64,000 bases of DNA from Zancudomyces culisetae HAW-14-8 (GCA_052426225.1 JBNJNM010000011.1:4278001-4342000); one strand, 5' to 3'; shown: positions 34,862 to 46,737, counted from the stretch's first letter. Made by a program: numbers and translations. The notes: generated by a model from the letters alone, not told the origin.

Positions 34862-36772
34862 ATGAAATACTCCATTATTCTTTCATCGCTTACAGCTCTT
34901 ATGATGAGTGCCGGCGCTGCGCCATCTAATCGCCCCAAGTGTGGAAAGGTTGATACTGTTGACATCGACAAGCTCATCAGTGAAATGACACTTGAACAGA
35001 AGATCGCCCAGAGACTTTTGCCTGACATGCGTAACTGGAACTATGGCGGTTGCAGCAACAAAGCTGCCAACGTAGAAGTAATGAATGACGAGCTTGCAGC
35101 CTCCATCTCAAAATACTCATTCGGTGGTATGGTTTTGTTTGCTGAAAACGTTGTTAACGCCGAGAACGCAACCAGACTCATTGATGCCATGCAAAAAGCC
35201 AACGCTGTCAACAGCAAGATCCCACTCTTTGTTGGTGTAGATCAGGAAGGTGGTATCGTTACCCGTCTCGGTAACGGTACTATGTTGCCAGGAAACATGG
35301 CTGTTGGTGCCACTGGTGACCCCAACAACGCATACTTGAGTGGAGCAATCACAGGTAGTGAGCTCAAAGCCATCGGTGCCAACATTAACTTTGCACCTGA
35401 TGCCGATGTTAACATCAACTACCAAAACCCTGTAATTGGTGTCCGTTCATTCGGATCTCACGCAGATCTTGTAGCCAAGAACGCCGTCCAGTACCAAAGA
35501 GGAGTAAAATCTGCCGGCTGTATCAGCTGTGGTAAGCACTTCCCAGGTCACGGTGATACTGCAACCGACTCCCACTTTGGTCTCCCACTTGTAAACAAGA
35601 CACTAGAGCAAATCCAAAATGTAGAACTCGTTCCATTCAAGGCCTTGATTGCAAACGACGTTGACATGATCATGACTGCTCACATCCAATACCCAGCTTT
35701 GGACGACACAACCATTCCAAACATCGTCGATGGATCTCCCCTAATTGTTCCAGCCACTCTATCCAAGAAAATCATGACTGACTTTTTGAGAGGTACTCTT
35801 GGCTTCAAGGGTGTCAGTATTACCGATGCCATGAACATGGAAGCTATCATCAGTTATGTCGGTAACGTAGATGCTACAGCCAGAGCCATCAGAGCTGGTG
35901 TTGATGTTATCATCATGCCAGCCCTTGTCCGTTGTGTTGCAAACTTCACCCTCTACGACGATGTTATTAACAAGGTTAAAAAGGATATCGCAGATAAGCT
36001 TTACTCCGAGGATGAGCTCGACACCTCAATCAAGCGTATCCTGACCCTCAAGAAGAAGTATAACCTGTTTGCCCCAGTAACCACCACCATCGAAAAACGC
36101 ATTGAAATCGCAAACGCAACATTGAGCGATCCAAAACACAAAGAAATTGAAAGAAACATGGCACGCGACGCAATCACCCTCCTAAAGAACGACCCAACTT
36201 ACGGAATCCCATTCAAGACTGATGAGACATCAAAGGTCGCAGTCTTTATGCCTGACGCCACTCAAATTGCCTCAGCTGTCCGCACAATGCAATCACTCGG
36301 TGTACGCGCCAACTTTACAACCTTCCCATTCACAAACACCTTGTTCAACGATACTATCAAGGCTATGATTGACGCTTCTACTCACGTAGTTATTGGATCC
36401 CTCGTAACCAAGAACACACCAGCAATTGATGGTGGTGACATCTTTATTGACACTGGAAAAATCGGATCATGGGCATACTCCTTCCCTGCTGGTGTTTCTG
36501 ATTACGCAAAGACTACCAAGAAGCCAATTGCCGTCATTTCTCTAAGAAACCCATACGACTCTGCAAACTTCGAGCGCACCACTGGTGCAGTTCTTTGTGC
36601 TTATGGATTTAAGGGATATACCAATGGTGTCTTTGGTCAACCTAACCTTCCAGCTGCTATTTCCACCGTATTTGGACACAGCAAGCCAAAGGGTAGACTT
36701 CCAGTTGATATTCCATCTGTATTCGACAACTCAACTATCCTCTACCCATTCGGTTTTGGTCTTAGTCTTTAA
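34862..36772 (+). CDS. nagZ: Secreted GH3 beta-N-acetylglucosaminidase, two-domain NagZ type
   Basis: Signal peptide MKYSIILSSLTALMMSAGA; DQEGGIVTRL; NPVIGVRSF; NagZ signature KHFPGHGDTATDSH (Asp-His dyad); nucleophile motif ITDAMNM; C-terminal GH3_C domain ending PKGRLPVDIP...YPFGFGL. Intronless. Confidence 0.95.
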   Translation: MKYSIILSSLTALMMSAGAAPSNRPKCGKVDTVDIDKLISEMTLEQKIAQRLLPDMRNWNYGGCSNKAANVEVMNDELAASISKYSFGGMVLFAENVVNAENATRLIDAMQKANAVNSKIPLFVGVDQEGGIVTRLGNGTMLPGNMAVGATGDPNNAYLSGAITGSELKAIGANINFAPDADVNINYQNPVIGVRSFGSHADLVAKNAVQYQRGVKSAGCISCGKHFPGHGDTATDSHFGLPLVNKTLEQIQNVELVPFKALIANDVDMIMTAHIQYPALDDTTIPNIVDGSPLIVPATLSKKIMTDFLRGTLGFKGVSITDAMNMEAIISYVGNVDATARAIRAGVDVIIMPALVRCVANFTLYDDVINKVKKDIADKLYSEDELDTSIKRILTLKKKYNLFAPVTTTIEKRIEIANATLSDPKHKEIERNMARDAITLLKNDPTYGIPFKTDETSKVAVFMPDATQIASAVRTMQSLGVRANFTTFPFTNTLFNDTIKAMIDASTHVVIGSLVTKNTPAIDGGDIFIDTGKIGSWAYSFPAGVSDYAKTTKKPIAVISLRNPYDSANFERTTGAVLCAYGFKGYTNGVFGQPNLPAAISTVFGHSKPKGRLPVDIPSVFDNSTILYPFGFGLSL

Positions 36773-37205
36773 AGTTATGGATTGAGTCCTCTCTCACCTT
36801 TGCTTTTCCATTTTTTCCCCTCGTTTTTTAGCTTTGTAGTGAAAAATGTAGCTTAAGTGGATTAACAGTAGTAAAAACTAATTAAAATAAAAAAGGTAGT
36901 CACTATTTGAAGAGTATTTCTATTGATGTTGCTATTATGAGAAGGTGGTGGCAGTGTGTAAAGTTTGAGATTGCAAATATGAGTTGGTGGATGTGCGTTT
37001 GATGCTTTCGATCTTGCTCCTCTGTCTCAAATAAGTTTAATATTATTATTTGTATTTTATTATCTTTACTATTGTTATTATTTCTATCACTATCCTTACT
37101 ATTACTATTGCCATTATCTGTATTAAATTAAAGGTATTTGTATTCAACTCCCTAACTAGAGCCATAAAAAGTTATAGAAAAAAAGTAAACCCCAGGAAAT
37201 CACCT

Positions 37206-38510
37206 TTATGATGTATCTGGAGTGACAACACATCCTTTTACACGGCTATCCTCTGCAGCGAATGTATACATATGTGACAACAATGACTCGTAGGCGCCAG
37301 ACTTGTTGAGCGAAGGATCATTGTATATCAAAGAGTCGATGAAGCTTGAAATAATTCCATAATCACCGCCACCATGACCAAAGAGGTCGGAATACACCTT
37401 GTATTGTTCCATTTCATGTGGATGCACCACCGTTTTTTTGCAGGTTGCAAAGTCAAATACAGTGATTTCACCAATACCATCAGTTATAAGCTCACCTTTA
37501 GAGCCGTAAATTTTAGTTTTACGGATACAGAGATCTTCTGTAAATGCTATCATTGTGAGAGTTGCAGTTTTATTGCCTTCAAACTCAAATGTGACAACCT
37601 GGTTATCACAAACGTTGTTATCACACTCATACACGCAGCGACCATATGGTCCGGATGTAATTGCTTTGGTGATGTTTTCAATATCAATAACATTTGTGAT
37701 GGCGTTCATAGGAAAACCGCTTTCGCCTCTCTTTGTAGGCTCCAAATAAATCGTTTTGGCAGAATAGGGACAGTTTGACTCATGGGCACATTCCATACAG
37801 GTTTTTGCATCGCCAGCCTCCATAGGCTTTTTGTCCTTCTTGAAATGCGACAAATGACCAAATGATGAAACCTTGGTGCATTTTGCACCACCCATAAACC
37901 AATTGATCAAGTCCACATCATGGATACACTTGGTCATCAAAGAAAAAGATGTCTCCTCCTCTTTTGCCCAGTTTCCACGTACAAAAGAGTGGGAGAAGTG
38001 TGTATTCCCTATAGCCTCAAGATGTTGTACAGAGTAAATCTCCCCAAGCACGCCCGAATTTACAAGTTTCATAACTTCCGAGTAGATAGGTGTATAGCGC
38101 ATAACATGGCATACAGCAAGTGTAATTCCATTATCAACCGTCGCTTGATATATATCTTTACAGTCCTGTAGGCTGGTGGCCATCGGCTTCTCAAGAAGAA
38201 TATTATATTTTTTGTTGGCCATGGCAACAGCAATATTGCAGTGGGTCTGATCAAGAGTAGAAACTATAACGGCATCGGCAAACTTGTCCATCCCCACAAG
38301 TTCATCCACCGATGTGAGTGTGTGTTCTGCTTGTATATTGTGCTTCTTTGCCATATTTTCACGGCGCACAGGATCTGGATCTACAACACCAACAACTCTC
38401 ATCTTTTCTGGTCGCGACATGGCGTATGTAGCGTATATATTTCCACGCATCCCCGCACCAATCACAATCACAGTAATTGGTCCTGAAACAGTGACATCAG
38501 CATTCGTCAT
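37206..38510 (-). CDS. Gfo/Idh/MocA NAD(P)-dependent oxidoreductase, YteT-like
   Basis: Rossmann motif VIVIGAGMRG, LLEKPMA, CHVMRY, HSFVRGNW, KCIHDVD, GPYGRCVYECDNNVCD and GHGGGD. Intronless. Confidence 0.9.
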   Translation of the reverse strand: MTNADVTVSGPITVIVIGAGMRGNIYATYAMSRPEKMRVVGVVDPDPVRRENMAKKHNIQAEHTLTSVDELVGMDKFADAVIVSTLDQTHCNIAVAMANKKYNILLEKPMATSLQDCKDIYQATVDNGITLAVCHVMRYTPIYSEVMKLVNSGVLGEIYSVQHLEAIGNTHFSHSFVRGNWAKEEETSFSLMTKCIHDVDLINWFMGGAKCTKVSSFGHLSHFKKDKKPMEAGDAKTCMECAHESNCPYSAKTIYLEPTKRGESGFPMNAITNVIDIENITKAITSGPYGRCVYECDNNVCDNQVVTFEFEGNKTATLTMIAFTEDLCIRKTKIYGSKGELITDGIGEITVFDFATCKKTVVHPHEMEQYKVYSDLFGHGGGDYGIISSFIDSLIYNDPSLNKSGAYESLLSHMYTFAAEDSRVKGCVVTPDTS

Positions 38511-39815
38511 TTTTAAAATATTGTAATTTATAGCTTTCGATCACGGAGCATTGAAATCGCAACTGACACTAGATTGATTCTTGAGGAATTCACAATTGTT
38601 TTCGTCTAGAGAGTTAATAGCGGATAGAAATTCAAAACTTTTTGTGGGTTTTTAAGGACATGAAATAAATTATGGATATAAAGTTTCCACTTCACATATG
38701 TCAAAAACAGTACGGCATTGTTGTTGCTACTGTTACTATTGTTTTTGTTACTTTTATCGCAGTTAATGCTGAAACCAACGGTAAAAGTGGCCTGCCCCCT
38801 TAATTTTTATTTTAAAATTCGCACATATTAAAAAAGCGCTACCCATTGGACAATACTATTGAAATTAATTTTGATCAATAGTATAGCCAGTAAAAGTTTA
38901 TTGCATAACTTCAAAGTAGATTAAATAAGTGGATTAGAATTTGTCTAATCTTTATGACATTCACAATCAGGCGATTTTAACGGAGTATTTCAGATACTTC
39001 GCATGATAAATAGCACATCCTTCAGAACAAAATCCACAAATTTCTCGCTACTATATTAGGAGAACATAAAAAAAGAACATAGTACAAGTTAAGGTAAGGC
39101 CATACCTCCTCTTTCATCTGTTTAGAAACCAAACCTGTTACTAAAAAATTCAAGAGCAACAGTCGGTTCAATTGATTTTGAACCAAACTATAATATGCTC
39201 GCACTATCTTTAAATGCTGGGCCCACAAAAAGTAGGAGTTCTATTATTAACAGATGTGCTCTTTTCGTGAGATGTGACTGGAGCTTGTCGAAAGGTCAGC
39301 AGATATCTAGTAAAAAAAAAATAAACATAAACCCACCAAAAGAAGAGAGTCAATTGTGAAAATTGATATTCTAGCTACTGAGCGGTTCCAAACCCCATCC
39401 ATAGTTTTGTTACCAATCACTACAGCTCTTATTCTTTTTTTTTTGTTTGATATAGAGGTAGAATGCCTCTTCATAGTATATATCTCCATTTTCGTTTGCC
39501 TTGCTACAAATTACCGTACGCTAACTCTTTTTTCTAAGCATAGCTGTTCTTTGATGTTGTCATAAATGTTAACTATTTACTTAAATCTCAAACTAAGCAA
39601 ATCAGCTGTTGCTGCACCTCTGTACAGCAAAAGCTTGCAAAAAGGCTATGTTAGCCCCACTTGTAATCAGAATTACATGTATGTTTCATTTTGTAAATTT
39701 TTTGTAATGTCTATTGCAGTTTACTAAGTTCTATAGAGGCTATATGAAAACCCAACTATAGAAAAAATATGATACGTAACAAATTGTACACACATGAAAA
39801 ATTAATGCGGAAATG

Positions 39816-41219
39816 CTATAGATTTGAATAGTCAACTAGGTACTCCCCCCATTTAATCGGTCCATCAGGATTCTGTGTATTATTTTTCACTAGCGGATGG
39901 CATAAAACCTGTTTAGGCCCTTCAACAAACTCAATCTTCTTATCGATATCTACATGTAGTTTGTTAACATAATCTCTCTCGAGATATTTAAATTCTCGTG
40001 TGTTATAGGGTACCTGTACAGTTGGAACCACCATAACCCTATCAAAGCCCAGCCTCCAATAGTCGTTACAAAATAATGAGCACTCTGATGCTGCGCATTC
40101 GGTTGTATTAAGGACTGACCTTCTAAACCTTAGATCAAATGGATTGTCAAATGGCTTTGGATTTAATACTACAACTCCATTCCAACAGCATTGAACTTGA
40201 AATGGTAGCCCCTTTTCTGCTCTTTTGTTTGATTCGCTGTCGGTAGTTAGATCCTTTATGTTTTTTCTGAACGCATCTCCCTTTATATCTCTCGCCACCC
40301 ATGTATCACGGAATGTCTTTATTGGGATCTTATTTCCTGATGAATCTGTTTCGTCATAGTAGTCCAAATCCATTGGACATGTGATATCTGCCTGGTTGTT
40401 ATTAGATTGGAGAATCAGTTCCAGTATATCGTTCCTGCAAAACATAATATCATTGATAAATATGATTTTGTCAAATTCCATGCTTCGATCACCGCTAAAC
40501 ATCCTTCGCTGCCTTTTTCTCTCGCTAAACTCATAGTATGGCTCCAGTGCCTTGTTTCTAACATTTGCCAAATATTCTATTCTGTGAGAGTTTTCAGGGC
40601 GTTTTGAATTCTCCATATTAAGCCTGTGCTGAACCTTATATTCCTCCAGACGAGCTGAAAAGCTTTCTAGCATTTCTTTAGTTTTATCGGTAGAACCATT
40701 TTCGTATATAGACATATACACATTTTCAAATCCCAAAAATTCAAATACCCTTAGCAGCTCCTGCATAAACTGTGGGAGTATTTCCTCATTATTGTGCAGA
40801 TTTGCAGCAAAAAAGTACCTAGGGTGTTTTTTGTGTTTGTTATTTTTTTCCTTTTTTCTGTAGTAGTACACCTGATTTCGGATGGAATATTCATAAACAA
40901 CATAGTCGGGACTTGAAGCAGAAAGTGGCAAATATCTTCCATACACCTCTCTGTTTTTATCAAAGTCTATCCGGGCATCTGTAGAACAAAGTTCTGCAGG
41001 TTGGATAGGTTTGACATCGACTGTCAATTTTCTTGAATTTTTTACTGTATCCTGTTCCTCGCCATCCCTCTCCCCTAACAGATTACCTGCAATGTATATT
41101 GTGATGATAGTTAATGAAATAAGAATAATTCTTATTATTATATGCTTCTTTCTGAATGCCATGGCGATAATGCCTTTTGAGTGTGTATCAACTAATGAAC
41201 TATATGGATGATCCTGCAT
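39816..41219 (-). CDS. GT69 (CAP59/CMT1-like) alpha-1,3-mannosyltransferase, type II membrane protein
   Basis: N-terminal TM helix; FFAANLHNNEEILP, SIYENGSTDKT, RIEYLANVRNKALEP, IIFINDI, DTWVARD, PFQVQCCWNG and CAASECSLFCND. Confidence 0.92.
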   Translation of the reverse strand: MQDHPYSSLVDTHSKGIIAMAFRKKHIIIRIILISLTIITIYIAGNLLGERDGEEQDTVKNSRKLTVDVKPIQPAELCSTDARIDFDKNREVYGRYLPLSASSPDYVVYEYSIRNQVYYYRKKEKNNKHKKHPRYFFAANLHNNEEILPQFMQELLRVFEFLGFENVYMSIYENGSTDKTKEMLESFSARLEEYKVQHRLNMENSKRPENSHRIEYLANVRNKALEPYYEFSERKRQRRMFSGDRSMEFDKIIFINDIMFCRNDILELILQSNNNQADITCPMDLDYYDETDSSGNKIPIKTFRDTWVARDIKGDAFRKNIKDLTTDSESNKRAEKGLPFQVQCCWNGVVVLNPKPFDNPFDLRFRRSVLNTTECAASECSLFCNDYWRLGFDRVMVVPTVQVPYNTREFKYLERDYVNKLHVDIDKKIEFVEGPKQVLCHPLVKNNTQNPDGPIKWGEYLVDYSNL

Positions 41220-42678
41220 TTTGAACTGTTGAAAAATGAACTTTAAAATTCCTCCTGCAGATTTTATATCAAATCGTGTTTGCTTTTTTCATTATTTTGC
41301 TTAGGTTTTGAAAAAAAAAATAAAAAGCTTTTTTTAGAACAACTGCTTTATGTAATGTGGATAGTTTAGAAAATCCACGATTTAGCTAAAAAGAAAAATT
41401 AGCAAACTCTTTACATATTCTGGACTCTAAAAATGATTTTGATTGCCATATTGGTAATACAAGGCCATAGTGCAAACGTATCACACGACACCATGCTTAC
41501 AACGCGGGCAATGGAGAGTACTTGGAAACACAGTCACTAATCTTCTAGGTTATGGATGTAGTACCTAGCTCTTTTTTTTCCACTATTTTTTTCTTTGTTT
41601 TGGCGTTTGGTCTCAGTGCGAATTCAGGGCTCTTTTCTGCGAAAAAATAACAACACTGCACGTAATTACAAGCATTAGAAAAGCAGATTTAGAGATCTCG
41701 ATGCATCTCAAAACTGCGACACTGTGCTTTGACTATGGATTTTTTTGGGGAAGAGACCTCTTGGTGTTTATAGATTTTTCCAATGTGTTTTATACATTTA
41801 GTACTTTGGGTTTGCAAATGGCTAGGTAGACTTTCTGATTTAGGATAGAACCTAAATCTGAGCCGCTTGTATGATGATTGCTTTGCTTAAAATATGATGC
41901 CATAGTGCGGTACATTGATGTGATTTTTGTGCACCGTTTGGGTCCAGACATATTCACGAAACTACCAAACAAAACTATAATAGGCATCAAGCAGCACTCC
42001 GCTTTACTTGTTTCTCATGGTTCTGGTGAGTTTGGGAGTTGAATAGTGCATATCATTTTCACCCAAGTTTTTTTTTTGGTATAATTAGCTGCAGAGCTCG
42101 TTTACATGAGTGGATATGACCAATGATGAATAAATGAGGTATTGGTCCCCTAGCTAATGAAGGGGGTGGGGATATTTATTAAGATTATGTAAACTATACA
42201 AAATCAACTCATATTTACATATTTGTAATTCATGCAGTTACAAAAAACGAACAAAAAACTATTAAAGGAATAAAATTCAAAAGAAATAATAACCCCAACC
42301 CAAATGGCAGCGATCGCTATTTGACAAAAAGTCACTTTTTATTTATTTTACATAAAGCTTACAAAAAATTATAAACTGTTATAATCATTTTATGCAGTTA
42401 ATAACCCGAACGTAACTGTTGCTTTTGCTTTTAGGTCATAGGTGTTTAATTAGTACTATGTTTTATTACTTGTTTAAATTAGACACATAATGCTGAAGTT
42501 AGAACCCGGATTTCCGAATACAAACCTTTCCATTATTTGCACATAAATAATATTCGAGGTCAAGACTCAACCGCTCCGCCTTTGCATGTATAAAATGTTG
42601 TTCATGATACAAACACTTCTTTTCTACTAAAGATTAAATGCGGGCACCTGTGCTGTTTTTTGCTACCTTATTATCTTA

Positions 42679-42724
42679 ACCCCAAACCCCAAACTTCAGA
42701 CCCCAAACTCCAAACCCCAAGCCC
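42679..42724 (+). repeat. Degenerate heptamer tandem repeat (ACCCCAA) x ~6, telomere-like
   Basis: accccaa accccaa acttcag accccaa actccaa accccaa gccc read directly. Confidence 0.6.
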
Positions 42725-45700
42725 TTTTTACTTTATTGATAATATTCCCTCTGCTCATTAAAAGCAGAAATTAAAATTACTCGTCAAATATTATATAATT
42801 TGTTTTCAATATATTACATAATATAAAAGGAAGGGTTTACACCAAGACTTGATTCTCTTATCTCTTCATGTATAGAACCTTCTTTTTTTTTGGTATTCGA
42901 CGTCGCAGAGAAAATTTTTTCCAAGAGCCTCCACTTGTTAGAGGTTTGTGGTTCTGTCTGTCCTCCTAGCAATTTTACTACTCATTCTTCAATAAGCACA
43001 GCAGTTTATATCCATAACTTTGCACTGTTTTGCTTCAAACGCAAAGTGCGTAACAATCAAGGACACTAGGTGTTGGTTAAAAACTCTTGTATTTTGAATT
43101 AGCATGTATTTAAATCTCAGTGGAGCCTTGACCCTACTGTAAACTTTGATCATATAATACAGTTACATTAAAGTTAACAAACGACGGGTATATTGATGGT
43201 CGGATTGTACACTGAGTAAAAAAAATACCCGGTACCCCGGCATTTATAACATCTTTTCATGCTTTTGCAACCCTTAAATGGTCCACTTATTTGTTTGCTT
43301 TTTATTAAGCATCTATAATATAGTTCAAGAATTATTTAGCATTACGAGTTTAGTAACAACGTATTTTTAGATCATGGTAGGAAAAATCAACCTAGTTGTT
43401 CTGTGACTAAATTTAGATGATGGTTTTCAGGCTTTCTTGATTTCATCTCAATTCCAAAGCAAACTGCTTGGAGTATAGTATTCATACACATTGGGCGTTC
43501 CAAATATGACCCTCAATGAAAAAATGAAGGCAACTAGCCCAAACTGGATATCATATACTGAGATGAAATTTTGAGTATGTATTTTTTTGTTTCTATCAAA
43601 TAGGTATCTGCTAATGCAGAATAAGTGTGTGATACCAAGAAAGACAGTATTGCTTTTAGCAACGCTGAAAGAGACGACCCCTTCCACATTTTTTTCAACC
43701 GTGGCCATATACGTAGAAATACTGATAATAATGCATTTTTTTATGACAGCTTGTAAACTTGTCATAACAACCTCGTATTGCACAATTGCTGTGCACTTAG
43801 CCGGGTTGCTGCTTGAAATACTAAATATTTTTTACTATCAAAAACTATCAAAGAGAATGCACAGCTTCTTTGAATTTAAATATTAAAAACCCACCCTGTT
43901 GTATTTTAATACAACTATTCTGTTTTGGTTTACAGTAATTAGCTTTAATGATGAACTGAGTATTTATTTTATTGTGAAACCAAACTATTAAGACTGCTTT
44001 TCTCTTGTAAAATATAAATTAATAGGTATTCCTAATGCTAAAATACTAAAGTGAAAAACCAGATACTTGAAAAAACTGACTGCTAAACGAGTACTTGAGC
44101 TCTATATATGTATGTGAGTAGTTCCTGTTATTTGCTCTTTGCTCTTTTCTCTTTTTGTTAGTATATATACTTATTTGAATTTTTATGCATTTTCCCTATT
44201 TTTTGTTCAATTGAAATAAGAGCATCCTAGTTGTATTTTGCAGTCTCAAATAATTAGGCGTGAACATATTTTAAACAATTACCAACCCATCCCAGTTATA
44301 TAGGTAGTTTTAGTAACTCATTTATAGCTGTTTGTTAATGATGGTGGGAGATAATCGTAAGTAAATACGACACCCAAATCCTAGAACGCAACTCTTTGAC
44401 CCGCATGTACAACGCATTCCGCTCACATAGCTTTTTTAATACTATTCCTGAGCAGTTTAAAAAACATAGTATGGAGTATCTATTGAACTGTGTTCTTCCA
44501 AGTTTGTTGGATAACCCAATTCGCGTGGTTTATAGAGTTGGCGCAAGTGACTTGTTTTGAACTGATGGTTGAACTTTTGCTTGACAACGAATATTTATGA
44601 CAAACATTTGAATACAGGCTAAAGGCGAGAACAATTTTTTATGTTGCTCAAGTGAGCAAATAATTTCTGAAGTAGGAATTAGGCAGCAGTAACTATAGTG
44701 TATATAGGAGCAAAGCTTCTACAATCCCTGGCTTCTTAGAGTATTTATGTACATTAATTTCAACACTCTTCTCCCAGTGCGAAAAGCCAATCATTAAAAT
44801 ATAGACCCAACCTATTATTTTGGGGGGGGATGTGGTGTACTCTTTTATATACAGTATTTACAATACTTTCAATATTTTTAATAAATGTACCTGTGAAAGG
44901 TACATTTAATGTCAGAATCACTAAGAAAATGGTAGTTTGTATATTTTCAAAAATAATTAAGATTATTCCTACCTGGGAAATTTCAACTTTGTATAGTAAT
45001 AATATAAGATTAGTTGTCATATTTACATATACCAGGAAGTATGAAAATTTTGTTCTTGGGTTTTGAATCTTATAAATGTTGGTTATTCTCTGTAAAAGTT
45101 TGGCGTTAGTAGAGCTCTTGGAATTCCAAGTCATCCTGTTGATGGGTGCTATTTTGGTTTGTCTTTGTTAAATGCGCTAAATATCACATTAAACTATTCG
45201 TAACTATATGCTACAATTGAATGTGTAACCACTTGTTCATTTTATCCAGTAAAGCACTGTACTATTTCACTCTAAAAATATTGGCTACCTTACAAGGGAA
45301 ACACTTAGCCTTTCGAATGCACGACTTTTGTCGCTCATTAACATATTTTATCTACAAGGATAGTTCTGAGTGAAGGTGTTTTGCAATACAAACGAATAGG
45401 CTCCGCAAACAAAGAAATCTGGTTCTAGAATGAATTTTGGTGTGCATTAATATGTGGTCATGGTGTCAAATATTTAACCAATTTGAACATACTAATACTG
45501 TTTATCTAAAAACATAGGGAAGGTATCATGGAATAGCCAACCAGTTATGACAGAAAATGAAAGTTTGACAACTTTTGTTGGTTTATACGCATATGAAACT
45601 TGTGGTAGCTACGCAGTGATAGAATCCAGATATGTATCTTTACAAAAGCATAAGCTTAATACTCAGAATGAAAGCAGGCTGTTTGAATTATTGGGTTTTA

Positions 45701-45944
45701 CTCTTTTGGTTTGTTGAATGTGCCTTATGAAGCGTAAAACGAATTCCACCAAACCAGATCATAATACTGGCACAATAGTAAACTGGCAACTAGTAAGATA
45801 AGATTTTTGTACAGAGATTCAATAGTCAAAAGTCAAAAATGTCTGTTTTCAAGGTTGACTTTATTAAAGAGTAAATTCGGGCTAGTTTATAAAAGTTGTA
45901 AATGTCGTCATATGCTACAAACATTAATTCGGATTTTAATCGCT

Positions 45945-46479
45945 TCAAAGGCGCTTCGAGGGTGAAACCTACAATTGATTTTTGATAGAGTGAGCAAAAG
46001 AAAAAGAAAAAACAACAACAATAACAATAACGAGGGTGATCGCACATGGGTGGGCGTAGAAATTCGCATTTGAATGTCATGATAATAAAAAGTATCATAA
46101 ATAAAAACTTACAAGGATTACGCCATCTCCTCTAACAAAAATCATCTTCATGTTTCTAACCAGTGTCTATATTTAATCAAAAAGAAAAACTCGTAAAGAT
46201 GAATTGGCAATATATTTCTAATTCGAGTAAGCATTATCGTATTGGTGGAGGGGATCTTACCTGAGTTTGAATTTCATCGGCTGAATTTTCGTTAATTACC
46301 GTAACTCGTTCCTCTACATCTTCAAGAACCATGTTTAAGTGCTGGTCGTAGGCGTGTAATTTTCCAAAAAGTTCCCGAGTACCCCGCAGCTTTATGTAAA
46401 TGTTTTCATCGAGACAAAGTTTGACAAGATCGAGGGGCTGTGAGATCATTGAGCTCATTGAGTTGTTAGTATCAGCCAT
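45945..46479 (-). CDS. LSM3: U6 snRNA-associated Sm-like protein Lsm3; exons 46479-46261, 46166-46113, 45968-45945
   Basis: QPLDLVKLCLDENIYIKLRGTRELFGKLHAYDQHLNMVL (Sm1) and the spliced MIFVRGDGVIL|VSPSKRL (Sm2). Confidence 0.95.
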
Positions 46480-46737
46480 TTTGTGTATGTCTACCTGTGC
46501 TGCCTTGGTTTATGCGAAAGTAAAATTAATTCTTGCAAATGTAATATAGAAATCAACTTGCAAAAATATGCTCGAAACAAAAAAAATTACACAAATATTT
46601 TATCCTTTTTTGTATTGCAATTATTAGCGCCAAATTCAAAAAACACAGATCTTAGACTATAAATTAAGAACAACACAAATAGTATGAAATATAATAAAAT
46701 TAAGTAACAAAATAAAACAAAATAAAATCAACAAAGT

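Noticed and set aside
43448-45134. Overlapping 78-124 aa ORFs on both strands in the large gap
   Set aside because: Mostly non-ATG starts, no recognisable domains and no transposase or reverse-transcriptase motifs.
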